Position numbers and translations under genes: made by a program. A DNA stretch of 64,000 bases from Tricharina praecox (Eukaryota). The notes beneath the pieces are model-generated. The model did not search any database. It was not told the DNA's origin and saw nothing but the letters and a program-made list of their open reading frames with translations. Positions 50,830 through 64,000 of this stretch are shown piece by piece; positions within the stretch are counted from its first letter, which is position 1; every line of letters starts with the position of its first letter. The stretch covers positions 310,001 to 374,000 of the forward strand of contig NW_026250414.1 in NCBI RefSeq assembly GCF_024521635.1, written 5' to 3'.

Positions 50830-52865
50830 TTACATGTGTGATTTTGCAGGCTCGTCGGAAGTCTCCGTCAGCTCTTCTGTGGACTCTAACTCCACCGTCT
50901 CGTCGACAGCAGCTTCATCCGCAACGACATCCTCCTCCGTAGCGACATCCTCCTCCGCAGTGACATCCTCCTCCGCAGCGGCAATTCCACTCTCCGCCTT
51001 GACATCCTCAACCACATCCTCCATGCCCGCCTCCAAAACAGGGATAGCCTTCCTACCACCCAAGAAAGCCTGCATAAGCACACCCGCGGCAACACTAACG
51101 TTTAAACTGTCGATTCCCCGGTCCACATCCTCAGCGGCCGTGATGCTAACGCACTTGTCACACAGCTTCTTGATGCTCTCCCTGATGCCCTCAGCCTCAC
51201 CACCCATCAACAAGACGACGGGGCTGGTCTTCAGCGCCTCCTTTACCACGTTGTGGTCCATTCCGATGTACCTGCTGCTGGCATACTTCGGGCGGGGAGC
51301 GGCGCCGAAGAATTTCCAGCCAGCCTCTTTCGATGCCTCGATGAGTCTCGCAGGGTTGATTTGCGTAAGAATCGGCATGTACTCTGAAGCGCCGGCCGAG
51401 GACTTGAGGCAAGTAGGGGAGAGCGGTGCACAGTTCCTCTCCGCTACCATAAGTGCCGAGCAACCCATGAAATAGGCAGATCTGAGGATTGCCCCAAGGT
51501 TACCAGGGTCAAGGATTTCGTCGAGCATGAGGACGAGAGGGTAGCGGGTGGGATCACGGTTCGGGATGGTTTGCGGTAGCTCATTGAGGATGATACCGCT
51601 CTCAGTGAAGTCGTGCTGTGAGATCTGCAGGCCAAAGGCAGTCCTGTCGAATGAGACGTTCGACAGCGAGATAATAGGCGTCTTCAGGAGTTTTGACGCT
51701 TCAAGGACGTAGCCATTGTGAGGGCGGCTGTTGCTCATCTAATGCAGGTAACTCATCAATACAGAAAAGATAGAAATCGCACTGGGGGTGGATGGGTACT
51801 AACACTGTCGAGGATGCTGCTGTCTTCCACCTCGCGCACATCGATCTTGAGGCCGCGAGCAAGGTTCTTCAGTTTGATATCGCGCTCACGGGAAGTGGCG
51901 GTCCGGTTTTCGCCTGAGTGGATGTACAGACGGAAAAGTTGCCGCCGGTTGGACTTCAGCGCAGCCTCGACCACACTGGTGCCGTAGATCCACTCTGAAT
52001 CTTGGTTGACTTTCTGGATCGTTCGGCGGGGAGTACTGACGTAATCTCGGGCTGGGGCTGCGTAGCGATCGTCGCGGCGAGCAGTGGGACGCTCTGAATC
52101 CCGGTTGTACGGCCGAGGTGAGGAAGCATCACGGTCTTTGTTGAAAGGCGGTCTCGAAGAACCTCCCTCATAATCCCGCTTAAACGGCGGCCTGGAAGAG
52201 CCTCCCTCGTAATCCCGCTTGAACGGCGGCCTGGAAGACCCACCGTCTTCCCTGTTGAACGGCGGCCTAGAACCTCCCTCCCGAGGAGTATACGGCGGTC
52301 TCGAAGAGCCTCCCTCGTAATCTCGCTTGAACGGCGGCCTGGAAGACCCACCGTCTTCCCTGTTGAACGGCGGCCTAGAACCCCCCTCCCGAGGAGTATA
52401 CGGTGGTCTTGAGGAACCGTCCCGAGGAGTGTACGGTGGCCTTGAGGAACCGTCCCGAGGAGTATACGGTGGCCTTGAGGAACCGTCCCGAGGAGTATAC
52501 GGTGGCCTTGAGGAACCGTCCCGAGGAGTATACGGTGGTCTTGAGGAACCCTCCCGAGGAGTGTACGGCGGCCTAGAACCCCCCTCCCGAGGAGTATACG
52601 GTGGTCTTGAGGAACCCTCCCGAGGAGTGTATGGTGGTCTTGAGGAACCCTCCCGAGGAGTGTATGGTGGTCTTGAGGAACCCTCCCGAGGAGTGTATGG
52701 TGGTCTCGACGAAGAATCTCTGCTGCCACGGTCGAACGTCGATTCCGCTCTGGCTTCTCTGTCGACGCCTCTGTGGATTGCGGAGTTATAGGAAGCGCAT
52801 CGGTAGGAGTTCTTCAGTAGCAGCGACTTAGGCGCGCCGTGGGCTGCAAATCGGAGAAGATTCAT
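50830..52865 (-). CDS. MRM1: Mitochondrial rRNA 2'-O-methyltransferase (SpoU/TrmH family)
   Basis: Presequence-like N-terminus from ATG 52865. EWIYGTSVVEAAL, RPHNGYVLEAS, LDEILDPGNLGAILRSA, MGGEAEG, DSLNVSVAAG. One intron ~51739-51800. Confidence 0.9.
52140..52712 (-). repeat. Coding minisatellite (33-39 bp units, SSRPPYTPREG type), ~17 units
   Basis: Ten contiguous 11-aa units followed by variant units RPPFNREDGG and RPPFKRDYEGG. Confidence 0.95.
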
Positions 52866-54006
52866 GATCCTTTGTTGTTGTGGTTGGGTTTTTTGGTCGG
52901 TGGTGGGGTGGATGGAGGGGTGTTGAGGATTGCAACTATTTTGCCTCTTTTCTCTGCGTTTCCTTGTCCCGATGAAGACTCGCGTGGATGAAAAAAGTGT
53001 GTCACATCGCTTTTTTGGCGCGTGCGAGATGGCACAGATTTGCATCATGATGTCAATTAGACCCACAAACTCAATTTCGTCCCTGACCCTTCTGGAGCCC
53101 CTTGGCAACGAGTTCTGCTCTCCAACGACATTTTCAACATCTGGTCTACCACCCGGCGAAGCGCTAACTAATAACGAACTGCCGCAGCCGTCCACCACAA
53201 CAACCTTACTGAGCACGAGGGCATCCTCCGTAAGCCGCATTGACACGCCCTGCGCCGTTACCAGCGCACACCACAGCTTCCCGACGTTGCTCCGGTCCCT
53301 GGCTAACGTGCATCATCGCGATGGGCTGATACTTCATCCCCATCGAACTAGTCTCCGGCATCCAGCCCTCGAATCGCTGTCGACGAGTCAAATGAGTTCG
53401 TCCACGCGAACACCTCACCGCCATTCGCTCGCAAGACAGAAATCCCGTTGGCTTCCGCGGCTACAGCCATAAACGCCAATACCACCAGCGGAAACACGCA
53501 AGGAATATCAGATACCACCAGCATCAGTGTGATAATCTGCGCCGTGGTAGTCTGTAACGATATAGAACTCCAATATTGCTGGCCATTTCTGGTGCGATCG
53601 CAAAAATTAAGATATGAAGTTTGGATGTGAGGCTGGCCGCTCGGAGCGCGTGAATATTCATGCGCCGTGAGGTAGAGACCGAGGCGCAACCGTAGATGCC
53701 GTTGCCGCCTAGGACAGTGCGGGTAAATAGGAATTTGTGAGGGAATATGCATGAGCAAGGCGTGGTAGTTTTTATCCAGACACTCCCGGAGGCGGAGCAG
53801 TAGTGAGGAGTTTAGCTACAGCCACGGCGAAGCTTGATCCCATGCTCGAGTGACATTTATGGAACACGCATAACCGCTAGTCACTCATACAGTGGCCAGG
53901 GGCCTTCATCCAAGATCCCTTATCGTGTTCCCCGCATTCCTCCCCACTAGGTCTATACACACGCGTATCCCTCACAGAACCGTGAAAATCACCGCAACCG
54001 CCCAAA

Positions 54007-54764
54007 ATGTCAACGACAATAGACCTCTACCATCCCTCTCACGATGAGCAAATCAGCGTACTCTTCTGCTGTTTGGGGAACATCTGCCGTAACTACCCTC
54101 CTGATTCCCAAAAAACCCACACCTACTGACTACACGTGCAGGCTCCCCCATGGCCGAAGCCGCATTCCGCGACACCGTCGAAAAGCTAGGATACGCAGAC
54201 CGCTTCTCACGTATCGACAGCTGCGGCACGGCCGGATACCACGTTGGCGCCGAGCCGGATCACCGTATGAACTCCCTCCTCCTCCTGCTGCTTCCCCAAC
54301 GGGTCACGGCCGGTTGATATATGGACGAAGGCACGATTGAGATGCTTCGGAAAAATGGGATTACTACGGACCATTGTGCGCGGCAGGTCGCTCAGAAGGA
54401 TTTTAAGAACTTTGATTATATCCTCGCTATGGATGTGGGTTCCCCCTGCCCTATTGGTGGTGTCTACTATGGGTCGGTGGCTAATGAATGGTGGTGCTCC
54501 AGACGTCGAATTTAAGTAATCTCAAGCGGATTGAGCCCAAGAGTGGGAAGGCGAAGGGTATGTTATACTATCTAATGGTGTGGGAAGGCAGGACTGACTT
54601 GTGCAGTCATGCTGTTTGGATACTTCGACGGAAACAAAAGGAAGGAAATCGTTGAGGATCCGTATTACGGTGGAAACTCGGGGTTCACAGAGAACTTTGC
54701 TCAGGTGGTGAGGTTTTCGAAGAACTTTGTGAGGGAGGTGTTGCAGGTTGAAATACCAGAATAA
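54007..54764 (+). CDS. LTP1: Low-molecular-weight protein tyrosine phosphatase
   Basis: Spliced P-loop VLFCCLGNIC|RSPMAEA, IDSCGTAGYHVG, FDYILAMD and EDPYYGG. Five exons. Confidence 0.92.
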
Positions 54765-54912
54765 CAGATGAGGGGGTCGTATTGGATGGCAGTGGCAGCG
54801 ATGATTCCCTTTCTGTAATGTATCACACCGGCTAGAGTGGATTCTATACGCCTTTCTTCTTTTTGTGATGATATGTTACATGATGCCCCCACCACCGACC
54901 ATCCGCGTTCGT

Positions 54913-55822
54913 CTACCATTGGTAGTATTGCCGCTGACCGTATATCGGCCGGCTGGGAAGATGCTGTCGTACCGGCCGTCGTTCCCGCTTCTCCTTCTGT
55001 TCTCTCGCAATTCTCTCCAGAGTAGCATGCTCCTTGAACTGTAACGTAATGCCTGCCATCCATTAGCCATACTTCCGCAGCACCTATCCGGACCATCAGG
55101 AACTCACTGGTAAACGGTAACATGAGCATATCAATCCTTCCCTTGGCTCTGTGGTTGAGTCCCTTCTCGAACGGCCCCCTCCCAACCCACGCCTGGGCAA
55201 TATACATCTCCTCCGTCTTCATACCCTTCCTGACAACCGCCTCGTTCCTCGTATGGTACAAGTGGGCCAACACATCCCTCGCAGCCTTCTTCGGCGAGAA
55301 CCTCATCTGCGTGATCGCATCATCCACACTCTTCCCCATAATCTGTCTAGCGAGCGGCGCCAACTTCTTCATGGAAGTCTTGATAAAGTGCGAAGCGACG
55401 GTATGCTCACGCTCCGTCTGTGCGATGCGCTCCTGGCGGGTCAATCTCCCGCGGCGGCGCAGATCGCGAGCCGCCGAAGTCTTGAGCCAGCCCCACTGGT
55501 GGCGGTTAGGATCGCGGAGGAGCCGGTTTGCGGTGAGATCGATTTCCTGTGAGGTGGTGACGGCGTCGGCGTCTTCGGAGCCGAAGATCGAGGACTCATC
55601 GAGGGTTCCCCGTGTGGGCATCTGCTGAGCTTGTGACACCTTCGGTGATTGCTTGAGCAGGTCGGCGATGCTGCGGGATGCGGAGTCGTTGGTGCTGGCC
55701 GCTTTGGGACCGCCGCCGAAGCCGAACCACGAGATCGCGCGGGTTTGCGGCTTGGGTGCGAGGCTGAGCCCCCGTGGGACGGTGGCGAGCAGCCGGAACC
55801 GTGAGGGGTGGAGTACGTTCAT
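54913..55822 (-). CDS. MRPL22: Mitochondrial ribosomal protein uL22m
   Basis: KTSMKKLAPLARQIMGKSVDDAITQMRFSPKKAA and YIAQAWVGRG. One intron ~55053-55108; ends PIYGQRQYYQW*. Confidence 0.9.
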
Positions 55823-56261
55823 GGTGGGCCCGGGTTGACGTGGAGGTGTGGTGAACACGAGCCGCCGCGGTGGTGTGGTGGGGAGGTAAAAAGTTGTGCC
55901 AAGGCTGGCCGGGTTAGGTTGCCTACTAGATTGAGTTCATCGGCAAGCACTCAAGTGGGATTTTCTTGAAGTTAGAGATAGGGTGAATTCCATCCTCACT
56001 CTTGATCGAGATGGAATTTAGGCTAGTGAAGTGATAATTCACTCAACATACGAGTATTCGCGGTCCGTTTGAAATCCCTCGAGTGCGATGCCATGATGCA
56101 TTTTCAGCCGCCCAACTTCCTTGCCAGTAGTTAGCTGTGACACAACCCCTCCAAGGTACAAGGTCCTCTGCTATCAACGCAACCTCACCACAGCTCCCAC
56201 AACAACCTCCACTGCACACTCACCCATCCATAACCACCACCACATTTAGACATCAATCACC

Positions 56262-56766
56262 ATGGCCGACGTCGAAATGAAAGATGTCAAGGGAAAAAGC
56301 GCTGCCGCCGGTGGTAAGCCACGCTTCGAAGTGAAGAAGGTGCGTACCTCACCCCGAGCTCTAGTGCAAGCACGTTCCCAGCTAACGATACGCACAAACA
56401 GTGGAGTGCCGTCGCCCTCTGGTCGTGGGATATCGTCGTCGAGAACTGCGCCATCTGCCGTAACCACATCATGGATCTCTGTTCGTCCCGCCGTCCCGCC
56501 GTCCCTACATCTCCAACCGCAGCTAGCTAAACTCGTCATACTACAGGCATCGAGTGTCAGGCCAACCAAGCCAGTGCTGTCACCGAGGAGTGCACTGTCG
56601 CGTGGGGAATCTGCAACGTTGGTTCTCCACCCCACAGCCCTCGACCTCCCTTGCTAACCGAGTGCAGCACGCGTTCCACTTCCACTGCATCTCGAGGTGG
56701 CTCAAGACCAGACAGGTGTGTCCGCTGGACAACAGAGACTGGGAGTTCCAGCGTTACGGAAAATAG
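56262..56766 (+). CDS. RBX1: RING-box protein 1 (cullin-RING ligase subunit)
   Basis: [82 protein letters not shown]. Confidence 0.96.
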
Positions 56767-57153
56767 ATGGCTGGTTATGGTAATGAAGCAGATGGGATGA
56801 ATAGTTCTCCTGGAGGGGCTTCAAGGCGTTTTTGCGCGTCTTTTACGATCTGTTGTTGCATAACTGGATAGCATGGGTTCTGGATAATGAATACCTCGGG
56901 TGCACAACTAATTAAGCTGGGTTGATCACCTATATGACAGTGTGGGTACTGCTATGCATCTGGTTGCTTGCGGGTGATGTTTCGTCTGACCGACATCGTG
57001 ATGTGTATGGCTTCACGGGTCTCTTGGGAGCATCGAAGGTCTGCTTCACTTGACGATTGAGTATTCCAATCTATTCCGTATACGTCCCAGTCCACCCATC
57101 TACCAAAAACAGCAAATCTACTGGTGACCACCACCCTCCCCTTCCTCCGCCCG

Positions 57154-58102
57154 TCATGACGCCGCCGCCGGTTTCTTCGCCAACTTCTGTCTATCAACAT
57201 AACTCCCGAGCACCCTCATCTCAGCACAGAACGTCCCCAACTCCTCCAACGCATCCTTCACGTTCTGCGTATCCTCATGTCCCTCGAACTCGACAAAGAA
57301 GACATAATTCCACCTCGTCTTCCTATCCGGGCGACTCGCAATACTCGTCAAGTTCAGCCCGAAGTTCTTGAAAACCTTCAATCCATCCGCCAGGGCACCG
57401 GGCTGCGCATGATCCACCGAAAACGCCACAAACGTCTTATCCCCCTTGCCGCCCTCCTCCGACATGGGCGAGCGCATCTCCGCCGCCTGCAGCACAAAGA
57501 ACCTCGTAGTATTATCGGGGGTATCCTCGATATTCCTGGCAAGGACCTTGAGCCCATTCACCTCCGCGGCGGCCGCGGACGCAATCGCCGCCGACCCGGG
57601 CTCGTCGCGCACCAGCTGCGCGGCGCGCGACGTCGACGACACGTCGATGCGCTCGATGCCCTTGAGCGTGGAGTTGAGCCAATGCTCGCACTGGCCGAAG
57701 GCTTGCGGGTGCGAGTACAGCCGCGTCAGCCCCGTCAGGTCGCTGGCCGAGGACACCAGGCTGTGGTGCACCGTCAAATATGTCTCCCCCACTACGTGGT
57801 AGCCAGAGCTCCGGTCGCGGAATAGGTCCAGCGTGAACACTACGTTGCCGTTCGTCGAGTTCTCGAATGGGACCACGCCGTAGGTCGTCGCGCCGGTTTG
57901 CACGGAGGTGAAGATGTCTATATGGTGGGCAGGTTAGAGTGGGGGTGGAGGGTACGGGGAAGCGGACGTGACGGGGGGACGTACCGCCGATCGTCGTCTG
58001 CGGAATAAACGTGTGCTCCTCCGTGTCGAAAGCTCCCAGCGCCGCCTGGTGCGAGTATGATGCCGGAGGGCCGAGGTACGCTACTGTCACATCTTGCGGC
58101 AT
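57154..58102 (-). CDS. PHA2: Prephenate dehydratase
   Basis: VAYLGPPASYSHQAA, GVVPFENSTNG, YSHPQAFGQC, NTTRF and ACT domain (NLTSIASRP). One intron ~57919-57983. Confidence 0.93.
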
Positions 58103-59076
58103 CGTGTCGGTTCTTGCTGGCTTGCTTGCTTGCTTGCTTTTCCAATATGCGTTTCCAATAGTTCCTGCTGTATGTCGGTGGCGTATGTAGGCTTTTGTAC
58201 GTACCGGTAGGTAGGACGCTCTCGGGCGGTAGTCACGGCCGATTCTCGAACGGGGTAGGTATGTACGATACCTAGGTTTTTCCAACAGCGAAACAGCGAA
58301 GTGAACCGAAGTGAACCCCGCCGACCCGCGCGGGCGATGATCTATCTATCTATCCATGTGTGGCACGGCCGGGCGGTGCCTGGACATTGTGTGGACTCTT
58401 ACGCTATTCGGTTTGGTTGCGATCGTCGCCGGCACTGGTGACTGGGCCCCGCATTAAACGCCGACGTCGGGGCTTTTTCAGCAACTCAGCACCGGTCATG
58501 AGCGGTGTGGTGAAGGCTAATACGGATGTGGTTAGGCTGGGATGGAATGCTGGAGGAGTGGGGAGGCTTGGCTGGAGCTTATGTAAGAATTCGGGGCTAT
58601 GGATATTCGGATTCAGGTGCGTACATTAGATATCACTCGACGCAGTTCAAAGAGTCAAAGGCTTCCAAGTTCCAAGAGCGGAGGTTTATTACCATGAGCT
58701 AGCCAGGCAGGTCGCACACAATACCGTAAATGAAGAAACAAACAAAAACATCCAAGAGCTTCGATTCGATCTTGAGACATAGGCTTGGAAGTTTGTGAAT
58801 CGCCCGAAGATTCTGATACTTCTCGCAATCAAACCTCCATCCGTTCCAAGTTTCAATTATCATCCCGCCATAGGCCCATAGGTACTTAGTAAAAGCTATA
58901 ACTGAAAATCTACGTACACGAATCAAAGTCGCGGTCGCAGATAGATTTCAAAACCCCAGCAACAGCAAGACAAAAACCAGTAAGTAGCAAGGAAAGGAAA
59001 AGCCAAAGACCACCCACTCGCGGCGGCGCAGTATATTACTTCCACATTTCCCCAACAACACGACAGAGGTATTAAC

Positions 59077-59320
59077 GGCAACAGAACAGAACAGAACAGT
59101 AACAGTAACAGTAACAGTAACAGCAAAAAACGAATTCTTTTCGCCCGGACGGATAACTTAACTAAAACAGCAAAAACAGCAAAACAGCAAAACAGCAAAA
59201 ACCAAAAACAACAAAACAGAAACCAAAAACCAAAAACCAAAAAAAACCAATGTATTCGCTCAAACAGTATGCAGCAAAGGCAAAAGCAAAACGACAAAAC
59301 AGCAAAACAGCAAAAAGATA
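59077..59320 (+). repeat. Low-complexity (AACAGT)n / (CAAAA)n tract in the PLD 3' region
   Basis: Visible aacagt x4 and cagcaaaa/caaaaa repeats. Confidence 0.8.
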
Positions 59321-59602
59321 TAGAGATATAAAAGATATATGGAATATAGAAGAGAACTGAAAAATTGAAAGAGAACCCCACATGAATGCCACACGCCACG
59401 CCAACTATCATTGTATGTATCGCCACCCTGATCGCCGTCCGTCTATCACCACCCAACAATGCAAAGCCCTCCATACAACTTAAGGAAATCAAAAGAGAAT
59501 GTTCTGTTCTCGGACCGGACCGGACGAAATATGTAGATAGGTAGACAAAAGTAGACAAACATCGCCCCGCACCGCACTACACCACACCACAGGAAGCTGC
59601 GT

Positions 59603-62600
59603 TTAATCGCTATATCACATTTCAGTCAGTATACCGTTTTTGGTTTAGGTTTCGCGGCGGGGAAAGGGAAGGGGAGGAGACTTACTAGATCTCGATCGGC
59701 GCCAACTGATCGATGCTATACAACCAATTGCCGGTCTCCTGTTCCTTTACGAGGAAGTCATACGGGAACATGACGAGGTGGCCTTGGATCATGCCCATCA
59801 AGTTCTCGGCGATCTCCGGTTCCATGGCATTAGTAGTCTTACTACTCCTGGTGGTGCCCCTGCGTCTGCGCTTCGTGGTGTTGGCATGTCCCAGCCCGTT
59901 CGGGTTGGCGGCCGTGACGTTGGCGTTGGCGTTGGTGTTGCCCGCGTAGCTGACGCTGCCGACGGTGCTCTGCAGGAGATTTGGGTCGCCGCTGCCGCCG
60001 CCCTGCTTCTCGCCGCTGCCGTTGCTCCCGCGACTGCCGGTTGGCTGGTTGGTGTGGCCCGAGTTCGCCGTGGTCGCGGTGTTCAGCCGGCTGTGGTTGG
60101 ATGCGTGGCTGTTGCCTCTGGTCCGGGTATTAATCGTGTCCAATGGCGTGCCGAAGCCGGTCTTTTCGGCATCGCCGTCGGGGAGGTTCAGTCGGACGTT
60201 GGTAGCCTCTTTGGTAGCGTCCCCCGAGCTTCCAGGCTTCTCGTTCTCGTTCTGCGTGCCGTTCTTGGCTGTGGCCGCCATGCGCTCCCTATTGCGCAGG
60301 TCTTGCTTCTGTGAGAATCTCTCGCCGTAATCCATCGCCTCCTTGTAGCTCGCCCACGTCTTGACGTCGTTGTCGGGCTGGCATCGGAAGACTTGACGGT
60401 AGATCTCGGTGTTGTTCATGGCAACCTTGCTCCACACATCCAGATAGAACGCCTCGTTGAGGGGATCCGTAAACATATCTGGCCTAACTTCAGGGCACGC
60501 GAAGTCTGCTGGCAGCACCGGGGGAGCCGCTATGGGCATCGACGAATTGCCTTTATCCGGCTCCTGCGTCGCAAACGGTCCTCCGATGTCGATGTCATTA
60601 GTATTCGGCAGAGGGGGAAGACTGGACAATTGCGGAAGACCGAGCGCTGCAGAAGTTGTACGCTCGAATGGAAACGGAGGGAGGGGCGGCTCTCCGGTGA
60701 TTTGCGATACGTGACTGGAGGAACGCGATCGTTGGTGGTGGCTGTAGCTGTGGCTAGTAGGACTCCCAAGCGTTGCGCCATCATGACCTCTGCTTCCAAG
60801 GGTGCCTCTCCGCCTCCTCTCCGACTGCTTCGGACTGGCCAGAGTAGATCGATCAATGCTCATGCTTGCGCGTTCACATTCCCTCTGCACCATATGATCA
60901 GGCCCAAAACCCCGCACATCGTTCTGATGCTGGGTATTATTCGACACACGCGGGTCCACCGATTCCTTCTTCCTCGTCTTCTTCAAGTTCGGGTTGTTCT
61001 CCTGTTCCCAGTCGACATCGTGGTTGAAGCTCCTTAAGTTCTCCATGCGCTGGATGGCCTCCTCATCGATCTTGTATCGCCTCTCAGACACCATGCTGTG
61101 CCTCTGATCGGCCATGCTCTGGCGCTGATCGTTGACCATGTCCTCTACCGACTCATTCTGCCACCGTTCCACTTGGTCGTCCCACTCATCGTCCTCGTGC
61201 TCGCCGTTTTCCATTGCCGCTTCGCGCTCCTCCTGCATGATTTCGTCGACGTCCATACCAAGATGCTCGCGCATCAACCGGACACGAAGAGTGTGTGGGA
61301 AACGTCCAACGCGGAAAGGCTTGCCGCCCATGGTACTCATGATCGTATCCGTATCTCTCACGATAGCCGCGACTTCCGAGTCTCTGTCGCCGCGCATAGA
61401 CCGCTCATTGATGTTGGCCGAGCCGATAATCGCGATCCTGTCGTCAACGACCATGCACTTGGCGTGGATGTACAACTGTTCAGTGACCAGCTTTTCGCTT
61501 CCCGGTTTGCCCAACTTGCCCCAGTTGCGCAGACTGAAAAACTCAATGTAGTCGCTTGGCTCGATGTTGACCGCTCTGAGCCGTCCAAATATCGAATTCT
61601 CGCCTTGCGAAATACTGCGGAACTGGCAGTGCATGATGAGTCGCACACTGCTACCATCCTGTGCGTCGACGGCGTTCTGGAATCCAGGCATCAGCGGAAG
61701 CAGGATGATGGCCCTCCAATCCTCGTCATTCTTTGCTGCGCGGATAATCCTCTCGACCAAGGCATCACCGATCTGGTTCTCAATCCTGGTACCCTCAATC
61801 TCCGTGGACGTGATGAAGAACTGGTTCTCGATGTACACCAGATGCTCCGACATCTCGATAGCCTTGAGATATGCGTTCTGGATACTCTTCTCCGTGAGAT
61901 TTGGAGTGCCGAGTGACCAAGAGCAAGCTGATCGTAGAATCTGAATCTCACAACTTCCATCGATTCCCAGGCTCTCGAGTTCCCCTTCCGTAAAATCCGG
62001 AGGTGGCAGCAAGAGCGGCGTCGGTCTCGACGGTGTTCTCTGTCGCAGCAGATAGTTCCACCGCTGCACAAAGTGCCGAGTCAGGTCCCTAGCCGGCTGT
62101 CCGACAATCTGCATATGGATATCGTGCCACGGCATTCTGGGGACCAGGTTGCGGTCATACATGTCTTCGTAGGGTTTGTCCAGATTGAAGAAATCCTGCA
62201 CACGAGGGTTCGAGTAGTCCTTTCCGGGCCATAGCTGGAAGCTGTCTGGATCGGCGTTGGCGCTTCCCTCTTCGAATCCACTGGGCCTATTGTCCATCAC
62301 TGAATGCTGCGGTGTATCCCAACGGCCAAAACATAGATCGATACCACCGACGAATGCGATCATGTGATCCACAACCAGAATCTTCTCGTGATGGGCCCAG
62401 AAAAAGGTGTTCTGCCTGATCTGGTTGGGTGATCGCTGGACGTAGATGTTGGGGTGCAGATCCAGCAGCGAGTATTTGGTATAGACCGAGTCGATAGGGA
62501 TGGCCGCGCCGATATTCCGGTAGACTATCACAAAGATTTTGACTCCCTCCTGAGCCTTCTTCTGCAAGAGTCGGTCCAGTCGCCATTTCTGAGATACCGC

Positions 62601-64000
62601 TGCCGGTCGCCTCAAATACTGGTCACAAAATAAGTCAGTATATCGCACCGGTGTTTCGAGTGAGACTACCAAAGACGCACCAGCTCGGGGGAAAGCCACC
62701 AATCGTGAATATAAATCACGTCTTTGGCCATACTGATGGCTCTGCTAACATTCCAAAAGTAATCTCTGCCATCCACCAGCCACTGTGCAAAGACACCTTT
62801 CCGCACAGGTGCAAAACTCTCGAATCTTTGCGGTCGTGACCATAGAGTGTTCTCCTTCATAAAATCCATGCTCTGCTGGAACTGCTGGAGCTGCCGCTCA
62901 TTCTTAGCAAGTAGCTTTACTCTCCGCTCGTGGTTCTGCACGGTCAGACGGTGGTGCTGCGGTCTGGCAGGGTTAGTTGCAGATACAGGCTCGTCTTTGA
63001 GCATCTTAAGGATCCGCTTAGTGTCCACCGAAAAGGCAGAATCTACAAGAAACACATCATAGATATTCATTTCTTCTGGCGAATCGACGCAAACGATGTA
63101 GGAATGCCGGACCAAGAACCACTTTGGTGCATGGCGCCTGGCTACCTGCGAAGGATTCCACGGCCGTTTGAAGTCACTACCTTTCGCCGACCGAATGATC
63201 AGGTATCCCTCCTTTCCATGATAGGATCCTTCCGCAGCAAGCCTAACACCGAGCGCCGACAGTTCCAAGAACTTGCAGAGCCGGTTCGAGTCGGGCCGGA
63301 AAATCATCTGCTGGATGAGACGTCTAATATAATCCTCCAGCTGTCGTCTCTGCTGCATGTTGAAACCCTCCCGCTTCTGCATGGCCTGCTGGACGACAGG
63401 ACCCGCAGCCGCGGTGGCGGCAGCAATACCTGCAGCGATACCGGCGGACATCGCGTGCTCGATGTCGTCGACCGTAGTGGACATCCTCCTCGCGGGTGGC
63501 CGCTTCTTTTTCCCGGTCCCCTGATCAGCGGGTCCCTGGATAGTCGCATCCGTTTGTGTTCTCGATATGCCACCAATGCCACTAATGCCCTCCTCCCCGG
63601 ATTCATCGTCGCTTCCCAAGCCTCTGACACCCCTGAGGTAGGGGATAGTGCTCCTCGGGAATTTCGGTAGTTTGTGGCCCTCTCCTCCACCGGTGAATGT
63701 TGTGCTACTAACATCTGCCAACCGGTACCGGGAGTGCAAGTTGAAGAAGTCGCGAAACTCTCTATGGATGACCCACTTCATCCTCGTCAAGCCGCTGCCA
63801 TATTCCAGCTCCAATCGGAATGTAGTTTGCGCTCGCCCAGCACCCTTCTGGGAATGAGTTGAGTCCGTGATCTGCACCTTGAGCTGCTCGAGCAATATGG
63901 GAATCCTTCGGTGCCCGTGTTCGTCCCGCTGAAACATACTCGCGAGAATTACAGCGGCAGGAGTAGCAGCCGAAAGCTCCGCCACCAGCTCGGCCGATTT
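59603..64000 (-). CDS. SPO14: Phospholipase D1 (PX-PH-HKD), 5' end outside the window
   Basis: PX-like (WVIHREFRDFFNLH) and PH region. IHDWWLSPEL|YLRRP. Two HKD motifs, HEKILVVD and HAKCMVVD..IIGSANINERS. Final mini-exon gives EIY|D*. Confidence 0.93.

Noticed and set aside
52327-52712. Regular 33-bp repeats as a CRISPR-like array
   Set aside because: No unique spacers; the repeats are in-frame coding sequence in a eukaryotic gene.
1-64000. tRNA, rRNA or snRNA genes
   Set aside because: GTTCGA hits (e.g. ~8507, ~47990) lack cloverleaf context; none supported by eye.

Overview
Intron-containing fungal DNA from a filamentous ascomycete; Pezizomycetes is my inference from protein style and the short, mostly 50-80 nt introns. 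About 17 protein-coding genes: a 5'-edge hypothetical, CASC3/Btz-domain protein, eRF1, TMEM234, FLC/TRP-like channel, a HAS1-like DEAD-box paralog, an Mx/dynamin-like GTPase, a Mit1/CHD remodeler, chitin synthase, an ACS-family MFS transporter, NBR1-like receptor, MRP2, MRM1, LMW-PTP, MRPL22, RBX1, PHA2 and phospholipase D. Two accessory tracts (about 9.9-14.5 kb and 22.5-30.8 kb) hold an internally deleted Helitron, a non-autonomous hAT element with perfect TIRs and 8-bp TSD, a MITE and degenerate repeats. Two observations stand out. (1) The HAS1 paralog has an intact reading frame but has lost essentially every ATPase motif, and its one long intron carries a U18-type box C/D snoRNA. (2) The eRF1 3' end has a geometry consistent with readthrough/NMD autoregulation. 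Exon boundaries were read by eye and family calls come from recalled motifs; no searches were run.
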